Assembly (NCBI GenBank): GCA_038247415.1
Contig: JBBRUX010000006.1
Span: forward strand, 58,730-122,729
Length of the DNA stretch: 64,000 nucleotides
Source of the DNA: Chitinivibrionales bacterium
GTDB lineage: Bacteria > Fibrobacterota > Chitinivibrionia > Chitinivibrionales > WJKA01
Direction of reading: 5' to 3'
In this document: positions 23,013-33,519 of the stretch, piece after piece
Position numbering within the stretch: the stretch's first letter is position 1
Layout: each line of letters begins with the position of its first letter
Position numbers and translations under genes: made by a program
The notes under the pieces: generated by a model
Databases searched by the model: none
Told to the model about the DNA's origin: nothing
The model's input: the letters and a program-made list of their open reading frames with translations, nothing else

Positions 23013-24136
23013 ATGAGATCCTTTTTTTGAGAATAGAGTGCTGCAAGGCTTTGAGTACTTTGCTCGATAGTAAACGAACTGCTTTGTATCGTTGTGGAGG
23101 GAGTCTTGGGATCTCTTTGTTTTTTTGATGCGCGTTGCAGCGCACGTACCCAAGATTCGATGGGTGCTAAAGGATTTACCCGTTCGATAAGATTGGTGCA
23201 TACATCTGCTTCTGCAGGGATAGTGGTTGATACAACACACGGCAGCCCTGCAGCTTGCGCTTCTATAAAAGCAAGCCCCAGTCCCTCAAAAAGCGAAGGA
23301 AATAGAAAAATGTCCATTACATTAAGCATGAGATCGGGGATGTCTGTCCTGTTATCAAAAAAAATAAAGTTATTTTGCAGGCCTGATTTGTTAACAAATG
23401 ATTTAAAGGAGAGAAGCAGATCTCCAGAGCCAATTAGTAAAAAGGTAAAGTGAGGGTTTGCAGGAATAAGGCTTTTGGCTATTTCTGCAATGAGAGCATG
23501 GTTTTTTTGTGGTGTAAAGCGTCCAACATGGCCTATAATTTTTTGAATTGGTGCAATGCCAAAAGATTTTCTCATTTCACCTGAATCTTTAGGTTGTGCA
23601 AAGGTTGATAAATCGATTCCGCAATGTAAAACTTGCCATTTCTTGTTGGAACGCCATGATGTGCCAAAGAGGTCGTAGGCTGCATCCTGGGAGCAAGAAA
23701 TCCCACAGGTTGCGAATTGATGTATTAAAAGTTGCGTGAAACCTTCGTATAGTTTACGTTTGCTATTCTGTGTACGCTGCAGTCTTCCGTCGATGTGACT
23801 ATGAGCAATGCGAATTGGAACCTTTTTTAATGCCGCAAGAGCAAGAATAAAACCACTAAAGTGATGTAGGTGTGAATGCACTACATTGTATGGACCATGC
23901 TCTTTAAGCAGTTTGGCAAAATTCCAAGAGAAGGCAAAGAGGTTTGGAAGTCCTTTGCAGTAGATGATTTTACCACCTAATGCTTTTATTTCGTTATCGT
24001 AAACACCAGGAAAATCGGTTTCAACCAAAAAGTCGAGAGAAAAGCGTGATCGATCGATCGTGCGCATAACGTTCATAAGCCATGCTTCTGCACCACCATG
24101 GCCCATCCATTTCATGACATGCAGTACCTTAATCAC
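23003..24136 (-). CDS. GT4 glycosyltransferase
   Basis: GGAE; HVGRF; PSLFEGLGLAFIEAQAAG (EX7E). Confidence 0.92.
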   Translation of the reverse strand: MIKVLHVMKWMGHGGAEAWLMNVMRTIDRSRFSLDFLVETDFPGVYDNEIKALGGKIIYCKGLPNLFAFSWNFAKLLKEHGPYNVVHSHLHHFSGFILALAALKKVPIRIAHSHIDGRLQRTQNSKRKLYEGFTQLLIHQFATCGISCSQDAAYDLFGTSWRSNKKWQVLHCGIDLSTFAQPKDSGEMRKSFGIAPIQKIIGHVGRFTPQKNHALIAEIAKSLIPANPHFTFLLIGSGDLLLSFKSFVNKSGLQNNFIFFDNRTDIPDLMLNVMDIFLFPSLFEGLGLAFIEAQAAGLPCVVSTTIPAEADVCTNLIERVNPLAPIESWVRALQRASKKQRDPKTPSTTIQSSSFTIEQSTQSLAALYSQKKDLICH

Positions 24137-25289
24137 GATTCAGCTCCTTAACCATAGTGCTAAAGCCTTTTACATAGATTTCTTCCGAGAGGCGTGCAAG
24201 AGCCTCCACGTGAGCTTTTTGTGCACAGGAGTCTGCAAATTGTTTGTCGCCAAGCATTCGTCTGATACAAGCAGTTAGCTGATCTACATTTTCTTTTTCA
24301 AAAAGCAATCCGGTTTCTTCGTGGCGAATCATGGTTGCAGTTCCGCCAACATTTGCAGCAATAATTGGTTTACAGCTTGCCATTGCCTCGATAATAACGC
24401 GGGCTAAGCCTTCGGTGCGTGACGCAAGAACATAAACCGAGCATGATGTCATAAGCGAAATAACTTCTTCGTATTCAACAGAATTGCAGAGTTCGATACG
24501 GAGGTTCCCATCTGCCATTTTTTCAAAATATTCCCGGCCATCTGGATTCCAGCCCACCACCTTCATAGAATATTCTGGAAATTCTGGGGATATTTTTTTG
24601 AAGGCTTCTATTAAAAGGTCGACCCCCTTAAGGTACCAGGGAAATCCCATGAGTAGCAAAAACTTTTTATCCTCTTTTGGATGATTGACAAAATGTTGAA
24701 TAGGGACAAAGTCGTGAAAGGAAAAAACTTTAGATTGATGTTTTTTTTGCAAAGATAGTGTTGAGAATTGTTCTGGGTAAAGGGTCTTTATTGCATTGCA
24801 TCTGGTAAGGACCATTTTTGTAAACCAGAGCGCCATAGAGTCTTTGATTTTTTCCGAAAAGGTGAGGGTAATTTCCCCCTTACGATTAAATTTAAGGGCT
24901 TCTTTAAAATTGCCATTTACTTCGATGATATTTTTGATTCCACTTATTCGAGTGATAATAAGTGCTGTTAAGCCTGTTACTAATGGATTAGGCGAAATAA
25001 CCGCAGCATATTTCTTTTTTTCTTTGTAACGCAAGCGAATAAATAGAGATAGTGTTGAAAAAAAAGTTGTAGTATTCCGAATAAATCCATTACCCGCATA
25101 GTATGGAAGTTCGTGGAATGTAAATGATCCAGCCTGAGTAAAACCACTACTGCTTTTTAGTACGGGGGCTATAATGTCGCCGCCGAATTGCTTGCTGAGC
25201 CATTCGAATCGGAGGCAATAAGAAAGCGATGCCTTTGGCATTGCTGGACCGGGAGCTATAAAAAGAAGCTGAGGTTTTTGAGAGGTCAT
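24129..25289 (-). CDS. GT4 glycosyltransferase
   Basis: KGVDLLIEAF; EGLARVIIEAMA (EX7E). Confidence 0.9.
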   Translation of the reverse strand: MTSQKPQLLFIAPGPAMPKASLSYCLRFEWLSKQFGGDIIAPVLKSSSGFTQAGSFTFHELPYYAGNGFIRNTTTFFSTLSLFIRLRYKEKKKYAAVISPNPLVTGLTALIITRISGIKNIIEVNGNFKEALKFNRKGEITLTFSEKIKDSMALWFTKMVLTRCNAIKTLYPEQFSTLSLQKKHQSKVFSFHDFVPIQHFVNHPKEDKKFLLLMGFPWYLKGVDLLIEAFKKISPEFPEYSMKVVGWNPDGREYFEKMADGNLRIELCNSVEYEEVISLMTSCSVYVLASRTEGLARVIIEAMASCKPIIAANVGGTATMIRHEETGLLFEKENVDQLTACIRRMLGDKQFADSCAQKAHVEALARLSEEIYVKGFSTMVKELNRD

Positions 25290-25358
25290 TAGTTTATAAA
25301 TTTCTAGGTTTACTCATAAGATAAAATCATGGTTGTACCGATTAAGGCAGTTTAGTTT

Positions 25359-26678
25359 TTATGATGGTTTCAAATGTTTATAGTAAGTGTTGCATAATGT
25401 CCGCGCACTTTCGAGAGCGCTTGCCTGCACGTTACATTGAGTTTGGGCTAATGTTTTCGAAAGCTCATTACGATTTTGTATTGCCTGAAGCACAGTAACC
25501 TTGAGATTGTGGATGTCGGGGTTGTTTAAATCGTAGGTTGGACATTTAAAATTGTGCTCGATAATATTGTGCATGCGACCATCTTGCCTCACAGTAAGAG
25601 CCATGCAAGGAGTTTTAGCACTTGCTGCACCAATAAGCGCGTGGGTACGTTCGCCAAGAACAAAGGTGCATATGCTCATGATACCTTTCAGTTCTTCTGC
25701 CTCGTACTCTGTGGTAATGCTCGAAAAATTTTGTTTGGTAGTTGTGTCAAGAGCATTGAAAATTGCTTGATTAGTGATGCGGTCGTCGTTATTGCTGGTT
25801 GGCCCAATACAATGAGGCAAAAAGACAAAATGGGCATCGATATTTTTACAGAGGAATGATACCAGGTCTACCCAAAGGTCAACCCTCTTCAAATGTCTCT
25901 GTTCTGGTGAGAAAGATCCCAATTCTGAAAAGGTGTTTTCGAACACTACTCCACCCTGAACTGGGACTAATGCAATAATCGGTTTATCCAGTGGGATATT
26001 TTCGGTTTTTAGTATCTCGTGGGCACGATCTTTGGTACACGCTGGCATAAGCACTGCAGGATCGGGAAAAAGCTTTATTTTGTTTTCAGGAATAGTATTA
26101 TCAATAAGAAATTGTTTTGACCCTTGGTCCCGAACAATGCACAACGATGCATGTTTAATAGCTAATTGCAGCAAAGTACGTGATTTGATTGACGAAATTC
26201 GGCCTTTATTGCCATCTACTCCGGCGCCGTAAATTGCTACAGGTTTATGCAAAATTTTGGCCATGAACACAAACCAAAAAAGTTCGTAGCCTAAAAATCC
26301 GTTGTGTCCAATAATAAGAAAATCGGTACGAGCAATCGCATTGTAAAGATCGTCGCGAATAATAGCATAAGCAAGTTTTTTGGAAATGCGGGCAATGAGC
26401 GCGTACAAAATCATGGTGGCCCACATTGTATACGAATGGATTGCGCGCCGCTTAATGGGCGAGCTCTGATATTTATTAAAAACATCAAAAAAATCGGTGC
26501 CGCCAACAATAGAAATGAGCGGGCTATAACGCGCAGTGTCATCTTTTACCCAGGGGGAGAAAAGTGAAAGTTTTACTGGCACAGCAAATTCTTTAAGAGC
26601 TTGTTGAATCCCCCGCAAAATAGCAGTTTCTCCTTTGTTAAGAGAGGTGATTGGTTCGGGGATTAAAACATTGATCAT
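25359..26678 (-). CDS. Polysaccharide pyruvyl transferase family protein (WcaK-like)
   Basis: NKGETAI; VRDQGS; PDPA; GERTHALIGA. Confidence 0.85.
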   Translation of the reverse strand: MINVLIPEPITSLNKGETAILRGIQQALKEFAVPVKLSLFSPWVKDDTARYSPLISIVGGTDFFDVFNKYQSSPIKRRAIHSYTMWATMILYALIARISKKLAYAIIRDDLYNAIARTDFLIIGHNGFLGYELFWFVFMAKILHKPVAIYGAGVDGNKGRISSIKSRTLLQLAIKHASLCIVRDQGSKQFLIDNTIPENKIKLFPDPAVLMPACTKDRAHEILKTENIPLDKPIIALVPVQGGVVFENTFSELGSFSPEQRHLKRVDLWVDLVSFLCKNIDAHFVFLPHCIGPTSNNDDRITNQAIFNALDTTTKQNFSSITTEYEAEELKGIMSICTFVLGERTHALIGAASAKTPCMALTVRQDGRMHNIIEHNFKCPTYDLNNPDIHNLKVTVLQAIQNRNELSKTLAQTQCNVQASALESARTLCNTYYKHLKPS

Positions 26679-27829
26679 GCTACCGCCTTGCTTGTACCTG
26701 ATTGATGCAGATAGAGTTTTTCGTATTTACGAGTCATTGCTTGTGCGCTAAAATGAGTTTTGAATGTTTGTTTACCTTGTTGGGCAAACTGTTTACGAAG
26801 GATTGAATCGCTCATAAGCCGTTTCATTGCCTTTGCGAGTTCGTGTACATCGTTTGGCGCAACCAAAAGGCCATTTTCTTCGTTAGTTATGGCAGTAGAA
26901 ATACCGCCTACTCGAGAAGCTATTATAGGGCATCCTGCTGCGAGTGCTTCTAAAAGTACCATGGGTAATCCTTCCCATAATGAGGGAAGAACATAGATAT
27001 CAAAAAGAGAGAGCAGCGCACCGATATCGAGTCGAGGGCCTAAAAATTTTACCTTTGTATCAATTCCCAAGCTTTTTGCTTGTTGCTGCAATTGTGCATC
27101 TAATGGTCCAGTGCCTGCAATAAGCAGCATGCAGGGTGCGCTCGATTCAGCTACTTGTTTAAACGCCTGCAAAAGAATTCCAATAGCTTTTTGTTCGCAT
27201 AATCGTACCCCTATACCAAAAAGCAAACACTCTGGGGGGATAGAAAGAGATGCTCGCAGAGCTTGATTATCAAATATTTTTTCGTAAATGTCGCCACAAA
27301 TACCATTAGGAATAGTTACTACTTTTTTAGGTGCTATTTTTTCGTACGCAACGAGGTTTTTTGATGTGTGGTCGGAAACACCAACTACCTTATAGGTAAA
27401 CCATGAAAGTATGCGCTCAATAACCATATATCGCCATTTGTCAGGAAATTCGCGCGCATGGTCGGTATGTATGATGGTGGGTAATATGCCAGCGCATAAG
27501 GCTCCCATAACACCATCCATAAAGGGCTGCGTATTATGTGTATGAATCGTATTTGGTTTGAAACGACGTATCAGCGCAGCAACTTTAAGAAAAGAGAAAT
27601 AGTCTACACCATTTTGTTTTTGCTCGATAAGATAAACGGGAATACCACAATCGAGTATATCTTGCGTAAAGTCACCTTTGTCTCGTAAGCACACTACACA
27701 ACATTCAAAAAAATCCTGATTAATTGTTTGGCACAGGGTGGCAACAACGCGCTGAAGCCCCCCAATGGCAAGGTCATGCGTAATAAGCATGACTTTATGT
27801 TTTGGAGGTGGTAATGGATTCTTACTCAT
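26675..27829 (-). CDS. GT4 glycosyltransferase
   Basis: GGLQRVV; PSLWEGLPMVLLEALAAG. Confidence 0.92.
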   Translation of the reverse strand: MSKNPLPPPKHKVMLITHDLAIGGLQRVVATLCQTINQDFFECCVVCLRDKGDFTQDILDCGIPVYLIEQKQNGVDYFSFLKVAALIRRFKPNTIHTHNTQPFMDGVMGALCAGILPTIIHTDHAREFPDKWRYMVIERILSWFTYKVVGVSDHTSKNLVAYEKIAPKKVVTIPNGICGDIYEKIFDNQALRASLSIPPECLLFGIGVRLCEQKAIGILLQAFKQVAESSAPCMLLIAGTGPLDAQLQQQAKSLGIDTKVKFLGPRLDIGALLSLFDIYVLPSLWEGLPMVLLEALAAGCPIIASRVGGISTAITNEENGLLVAPNDVHELAKAMKRLMSDSILRKQFAQQGKQTFKTHFSAQAMTRKYEKLYLHQSGTSKAVA

Positions 27830-28443
27830 TTGTTGGCTTGCTGCGAAGAAGGATTGAAAAGATAGTTTGTATCACCATCACTGCCAATAGTAAACGCAAC
27901 GTCTTGACTCATGGCTTTAAGAACGGAGCTACGAAATTGGGGATCGTGCAGGTGTGGATAAAATTCCTCACAAGGATACGAAGGAATTGAGCTTGCTTCC
28001 TTTTGTTCTTTGTTTTCGGCAAGAAATATATCGAGCGGTTTTATGAGTTTAGCAGGATTGCCACCATAAATTGAATTTGGAGGAACATCTTTGGTGACTA
28101 CCGATCCCGCTGCCACAATGGCATTAGGTCCTATGCTTATTGAGGGAAGCAGAATACTACCAGCTCCTATAAAGCAGTTGTCGTGGATGGTAATTGTTCC
28201 AAGACGTGCGTAGCCGGCAATTCCAAACATGCTTGCATCGTGATTTAAAAACCGAACATCAGGGGCGATAATGGAATTATTGCCAATTGACGTAAGAAAA
28301 GAGTGTGGCGGATCGAATCGAACACCGGGTGTGATTGTTACATTTTTGCCAACGTGCATGCCAGCATGAATGTGAGTTTGTACATATTTTCGAAAGCGCC
28401 AGAGTGCGAAAGAATTTTTAAAGGCCATAAGCAATTTGAGCAT
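27826..28443 (-). CDS. Hexapeptide-repeat O-acyltransferase
   Basis: IHDNCFIGAGSILLP; VAAGSVVTKDVP; GGNPAK. Confidence 0.9.
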   Translation of the reverse strand: MLKLLMAFKNSFALWRFRKYVQTHIHAGMHVGKNVTITPGVRFDPPHSFLTSIGNNSIIAPDVRFLNHDASMFGIAGYARLGTITIHDNCFIGAGSILLPSISIGPNAIVAAGSVVTKDVPPNSIYGGNPAKLIKPLDIFLAENKEQKEASSIPSYPCEEFYPHLHDPQFRSSVLKAMSQDVAFTIGSDGDTNYLFNPSSQQANK

Positions 28444-28781
28444 TATGCATTGCCTCTTAGAGTAGTTGTGACGACGCTGTGCGCGCTTGGTCGAAAACAG
28501 ACCATATTAATTTTTTAAATTTACCACTACGATACAAAATAATCTTTTCCCATTGCTTATAAAAATTCTGAAACATATTTTTGCAGATTATTCAGCTAGG
28601 TCTTAAGGCCAACCGCAAACAGCTCACTTGTATTGATCTTCATCCACTTTTTATGCTTGATTCTCAAGGAAATCTTGATTCAAGTTTAATTAATGATGGA
28701 CTGCATCTGTAGGTTTCTGCCTACCTCATCTGGAAAAAGCACTCATGCCTTATATCGATACTACGGGCAGGAGCTGATTGC

Positions 28782-29321
28782 TTATTGCATTAAGATTGCA
28801 CCAAGCCGAAAATCTATCGTATCTGCATGTTTGTTATTGATATAAAGACAGCTGCGAGTCCTCTTGCCTAGATGCATGAGTCTTCCATTGACGGTGGTTA
28901 GGGGTTTTGAAAGATCGACCACCAGGGTGTCCCATCCCCCTGTTGATGCCAATGATTGTTGATAGCGATTTACATAATCCATTGACCCTTTTCCATCATA
29001 AATAAAGAGTTCAAATTCGAGTTGCTGTGGATTCATTTGACGTACGGCAATTTTGATTTGGTTATGTTTCCAAACGGTTTTAGGGAGCCAGTTTATTTCG
29101 AGCCCTGGATATTCCTGTAAGGGAAACCCGCGGACCTCGAGCACGGTGTCTTTACACAGTGAATCGAGAACAAATGAAAAATTCTGGTGACAATGATATA
29201 TGAGGTAACGAGGTATCGGAAGGCCTTTAGTGGTAGATTTTTGTGGTTGCATAATTTGACATCCACTCATAAACGAAATGAGTAGAAGTAGAATAACTAA
29301 TTTACATGAGGCATATCTCAT
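28782..29321 (-). CDS. Hypothetical lipoprotein
   Basis: Lipobox-like MSGC after a hydrophobic stretch; coupled to the upstream gene. Confidence 0.55.
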   Translation of the reverse strand: MRYASCKLVILLLLISFMSGCQIMQPQKSTTKGLPIPRYLIYHCHQNFSFVLDSLCKDTVLEVRGFPLQEYPGLEINWLPKTVWKHNQIKIAVRQMNPQQLEFELFIYDGKGSMDYVNRYQQSLASTGGWDTLVVDLSKPLTTVNGRLMHLGKRTRSCLYINNKHADTIDFRLGAILMQ

Positions 29322-30169
29322 AAAGCCATCCTGCGCACAATTGGCAAAAGCTTAATGTCATAGAGTGTGGGCGGAACGAGAAACCGAATGGGAAAAAAGC
29401 TCAGTCCAATACCTGTGGAGGTGATGACATGCTTAGGCAACTTATTGTGAACATAGCGCGGATCTATGGTGGAAGCGTATAGGTTTAAAAATGGTTTGAG
29501 AAAGGCAATTTGTGCACCGTGAGTATGGCCTGCAAAAACGAGATTATATGAAGCAAGTATATCATCGGACATGAAAAGAGTGTTATGTACTAGCAGGATT
29601 GAGAATCGTGTTGTATCGGGCGCATTGAGCTTGAAGGTTCCGGTCCCTCCCCGCGTTGCTTCATCGAAACCATAAAATTGGAGGTTGTCATTAGTAAAAA
29701 GTGCGCCATTATTGCGCAGATATGAAACAGTTTTGGGAAAGGAGTCTGTGGCGGGCCTATATACAAGTGAACAGTAGAGACATTGCCGGTTTTCTTCGCA
29801 CATATCCGAATTGCCAATAATACAAATAACAGGGGCAATTGCTGCGCATCTCTTTATAAAGGTTAGTGCTTGGCGATGGTCTTGTGTATGATGATTTTCG
29901 AGATCTCCAGCAAGGCAAATGTAAGTAGGCTTAAGCGCTGTTATTTTGTCAAGCACTTTTGTGGGGAGCGTAGAATCGGAACGGAGGTGCATGTCGCTTA
30001 CAAGAACTATTGAGAGGGGGTTATGAATTTTTGCCGAGGCAATGGTCAAATTGCTACAATGTAATTGCCTGGGTTCAATAAATTGGGCATACAGAAAAAG
30101 AAGTATGGCAATTCCTGCAGCGCTTCCAAGGATTGATATAGTAAGTTTGGGTAAGAGGAGTTTACGCAT
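29318..30169 (-). CDS. Metallophosphoesterase
   Basis: SDMH; GD; GNSD; AGHTHG; N-terminal TM. Confidence 0.85.
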   Translation of the reverse strand: MRKLLLPKLTISILGSAAGIAILLFLYAQFIEPRQLHCSNLTIASAKIHNPLSIVLVSDMHLRSDSTLPTKVLDKITALKPTYICLAGDLENHHTQDHRQALTFIKRCAAIAPVICIIGNSDMCEENRQCLYCSLVYRPATDSFPKTVSYLRNNGALFTNDNLQFYGFDEATRGGTGTFKLNAPDTTRFSILLVHNTLFMSDDILASYNLVFAGHTHGAQIAFLKPFLNLYASTIDPRYVHNKLPKHVITSTGIGLSFFPIRFLVPPTLYDIKLLPIVRRMAL

Positions 30170-30192
30170 GCTGCCTTTTAGTAAATTAATAA

Positions 30193-31056
30193 TTATCCGA
30201 TTTCAATCACGCGACTATTTTTCCAGTCGAACGAATTGTTGACTGTTGCAATATCGGTGCAGGGGAAGTCGGAAATAAGTTTTGCGAGTTTAGAAAAACC
30301 ACTCCCAAGACCATAATAAGCCTTAAAACGCCGTGTAAGCGATAACCCGGGAATGAGCGGTTGCTTTGGGTCGAAATCACGTGGATGAAAATAGGTCATG
30401 ACATACGGGGATTGATACATAAAGTGCTTAATGAGCCAGTATGGAAATAATCTGAAATATCCTCCACCCGAGAATACAATTTTTTTAGACGCCAGACTTC
30501 CAAGATTTATGGGAAATTCTTTGAGGGCCCCGTGTGGTGTTTTTATAATTACTGGTCCTGCAGCCCCAAAATCGGGGAAGCCTCCATGAGAGCGGTGGGC
30601 AGGAAAAATCGAGCTATCTATTTCGATACCGTTTTCTATAAGAATGTCAAGTGCCCACGTGCACTTCCGTGTGAGCGAAAACCCCGGAGACCTAAAACAG
30701 CGAATTTTGGTTCCCGTGATATCTTGCAGAATTGCAAGGGATTTGGCTACATCTGCTGCAAAAACGTCAGGTGTTTGCTCGTATACGAGCTGATGCAGGT
30801 TTGTGTGCGAACCAATTTCAAATCCACGGGTATGGATTGCTTTAATAAGATCGGGGTATTTTTTGCCAACCCACCCAAGACAAAAAAATGTTGCTTTTAT
30901 ATTCTTTTGGTCGAGAAGGTCCAGAATGCGTTGTGTGTTGTTGATAATGCGAGAAGGAAATGTCTCCCAGGACGATGCTGTTTTTGTTTGCGCAAGATCC
31001 AGGAGGTGAAACCAGTCTTCTATATCGAAGGTAAGGATAGTTGTTGGGATAGGCAT
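30193..31056 (-). CDS. Polysaccharide deacetylase (EPS/PEP-CTERM-locus type)
   Basis: TFDIEDWFH; ATFFCLGW; EIGSH; FRSPGFS; GGGYFRL; YFHPRDFD. Start set to the ATG at 31056. Confidence 0.9.
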   Translation of the reverse strand: MPIPTTILTFDIEDWFHLLDLAQTKTASSWETFPSRIINNTQRILDLLDQKNIKATFFCLGWVGKKYPDLIKAIHTRGFEIGSHTNLHQLVYEQTPDVFAADVAKSLAILQDITGTKIRCFRSPGFSLTRKCTWALDILIENGIEIDSSIFPAHRSHGGFPDFGAAGPVIIKTPHGALKEFPINLGSLASKKIVFSGGGYFRLFPYWLIKHFMYQSPYVMTYFHPRDFDPKQPLIPGLSLTRRFKAYYGLGSGFSKLAKLISDFPCTDIATVNNSFDWKNSRVIEIG

Positions 31057-31060
31057 ATCG

Positions 31061-31561
31061 TTAGCGATTCCACCACAGAAACAATACATACATAAGAACA
31101 AGCCAGATTGGTGTTGCAAGTGCTGCAAGAATTATGGCTGTTTTAAGAAATTCATTGCTGCGCATACGTTCCATATGATCGACAAGGCGCTTTAAGCTGA
31201 AGTTGAGATAGACCATTTTCAGAGGTATGTTCACAATATCGTATACTTCTTTTTTAAGATACGGCTCAACTTTTATCATCTCTTCGTCTTTAGCTGCAAT
31301 GAGAAATATGGGATTACGGCTATATACTCGAAATGAGCGAAAAAAATGGCTTGGTTCGCGAGGTAGCGTTGGAACGTCGATGATTACAATAGCATGTTTA
31401 GTCTCACGAAATTTGCGTAAACCACCAATGCGCGAGTCGACATAGTCGACAAAATAACCGTACCCGGTAAGCAAGGTAACCAGGTCATTACGGAGCCTAC
31501 CGTCTTTACTTATGACAAGTAGCCGAGTTCGGTGTTTTCTGAAATCATCCTGCAGCGACAC
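31061..31561 (-). CDS. Degenerate receiver-domain protein with C-terminal TM helix
   Basis: RLLVIS...GYFVDYV...IVIIDV receiver-fold pattern; GTG start at 31561 behind AAGGA. Confidence 0.6.
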   Translation of the reverse strand: MSLQDDFRKHRTRLLVISKDGRLRNDLVTLLTGYGYFVDYVDSRIGGLRKFRETKHAIVIIDVPTLPREPSHFFRSFRVYSRNPIFLIAAKDEEMIKVEPYLKKEVYDIVNIPLKMVYLNFSLKRLVDHMERMRSNEFLKTAIILAALATPIWLVLMYVLFLWWNR

Positions 31562-33107
31562 GGTGATGTTCCTTTGGTTGTTGAGCAAATGGTTCGCGCA
31601 TTGACTTGGGTACTCGGGCAAGGGTATAGAGCTTTTCCATAAGAATTGGAATATACACAGGGCGCCTGTAGAATGTTACACGCGAGAGTGTGTGCGTTTC
31701 ATTAGGTACGCTTTCACCGTTTATGACATCTGAAATAAGTACGACAAAACACTTGTGTTTTTGAGCATATTCGGATGCTTGTTTGAAGCTATTCACAAAC
31801 AATGTTTCGTCTTGATTTACAATAATTGCAACAGCACAGTCTTCGAGGCACTTGGGCTCTGCGTTAGAATCGACAAAGGAAAAAGCAAAAGAAGCTTGTT
31901 TAAAACTTAAGAGTGCATGACGCAAAATTTCATCGGTGTTGACAACTGCAACTTTAATACGGCGTAACGCATCTGATCCATGGTGCAAGGGTACGCGTCG
32001 AAACATTTTGAATATACTGTCATAAAAATTGAGACGGTAGAGAATGAAAAATATCATGATGCATAGATAGCCAATCACCAATGAGCCAAGAAGGGCAGGA
32101 ACGCGAGATACAATAATTGCAGAAGCACAAAATGTGGCAGCAATACCATGCAATAAAAATGAGGTTTGCTGATGTCCCATTCCTCTATAAATAAGCCGGT
32201 GGTGGATATGTTCGTTATCGGGCAATCCCATTCTGCCAAGTGCTTTGGGCCAGGAATATCCTTGGCGCACAGCGCGAACAAAACGGCGTGTCATGGCTGC
32301 AAAAACATCGAGAATGGGAAATCCTGCAACCAGCAATACAACAACAAAAGATGAATACGAATCGGGAAGTCGAGTAACGTGTACTGCGAGAATAGACAGG
32401 ATCATACCCAAAAAGAGTGAGCCCGTATCTCCCAAAAATGCTCGAGCAGGGGAGTTGTTGTGAAACATAAAACCAATGATAACGCCTACAAGAATCATGC
32501 AAATGTAAACTACGCCAAATGCGCCCGCATTGTAAGCCAAAACGCCAACAGCGATAAATCCAATTGCCAACACCCCGCTGGCAAGGCTATCGACGCCGTC
32601 TATAATATTGGATGCATTGGTAATGCCAACCATCCATAAAACCGAGATAGGAATACCAATCCACCCAAGCTGAAACATATGGCCGGCGATGCCTATTTCT
32701 GTAAAGTAAATTCGATAAAGAACAGCAATTTCAAATGCGATCAGAATTTCTAGCAGAAATTTTGCTTTGTTATTAATCTCAAGAAGATGAATATCATCTA
32801 TTGTACCGACGGTAGCAATACAAACTGTCGCAAATAGTATAGACCGAAGTACTGATATGTCAACAAGTGAAAAAAGATGAGGAAAGAGAAACCGCCAGAG
32901 CCACAAAATAAGAAGAAACGAGGTTATAACGGCAAGTCCCCCAATCCGAGGTACAACTCTCTGATGAACTTTCCGATGCCCTGGGGAATCGCAGAAAAAT
33001 TTGCAGAGAGGGCTTTTGATAAGAAAGAGGAGGAGGAAATATGAAACAGCGATCGCGGCAGTAGGTATTACTAATAAAAATTGAGTAGAAGGAGAAATCG
33101 TTCCCAT
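31545..33107 (-). CDS. MraY/WecA-family undecaprenyl-phosphate HexNAc-1-P transferase with a C-terminal extension
   Basis: RKVH-PRIGG; GTIDD; NASNIIDGVDSL; FLGDTGS; HIHHRL. Confidence 0.9.
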   Translation of the reverse strand: MGTISPSTQFLLVIPTAAIAVSYFLLLFLIKSPLCKFFCDSPGHRKVHQRVVPRIGGLAVITSFLLILWLWRFLFPHLFSLVDISVLRSILFATVCIATVGTIDDIHLLEINNKAKFLLEILIAFEIAVLYRIYFTEIGIAGHMFQLGWIGIPISVLWMVGITNASNIIDGVDSLASGVLAIGFIAVGVLAYNAGAFGVVYICMILVGVIIGFMFHNNSPARAFLGDTGSLFLGMILSILAVHVTRLPDSYSSFVVVLLVAGFPILDVFAAMTRRFVRAVRQGYSWPKALGRMGLPDNEHIHHRLIYRGMGHQQTSFLLHGIAATFCASAIIVSRVPALLGSLVIGYLCIMIFFILYRLNFYDSIFKMFRRVPLHHGSDALRRIKVAVVNTDEILRHALLSFKQASFAFSFVDSNAEPKCLEDCAVAIIVNQDETLFVNSFKQASEYAQKHKCFVVLISDVINGESVPNETHTLSRVTFYRRPVYIPILMEKLYTLARVPKSMREPFAQQPKEHHRVAAG

Positions 33108-33281
33108 AAATAAAAACCTTTAATCTATCTTTTCGCGCCGAGTAAATAAGGGTACTCTTAAGTTATTGATTTATAGTAGCTTTTTACACAATGCAAAATG
33201 TTCCTTTTTTAATACAATTATACAAATAATTTTATGCATTTTTTTGTTTTTGATGTAATATGCTCTCATCCAAAACTATTG

Positions 33282-33297
33282 CGCAATTATTGTGCCA
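33282..33297 (-). promoter_or_regulatory. Sigma-54 (-24/-12) promoter facing the WecA/EPS operon
   Basis: Minus strand TGGCACAATAATTGCG matches TGGCAC-N5-TTGC. Confidence 0.7.
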
Positions 33298-33519
33298 TGA
33301 GGTTTATCAGGTCTATTTAGCAGCGATTAATATCAAAAACTGTGTATGAGCTTATAAATTGTTGGATGGCATTGTCTCAATTTGATATTTTTTCTCAATT
33401 TCGTATTGTTTTCTTAGTCATATTCGGGTTTCAATTCCAAATTCGACATTTTTTTTAAGCCAGACCCTTTGGATGGGTTCCTAACTCGTGTTTCTGGCTT
33501 GAAAATTCGTTTCTGGGCG

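Noticed and set aside
28656..28684. Nested CTTGA/TCAAG palindromes in the intergenic gap
   Set aside because: Arms are only 5 bp in AT-rich DNA, so no function can be supported.
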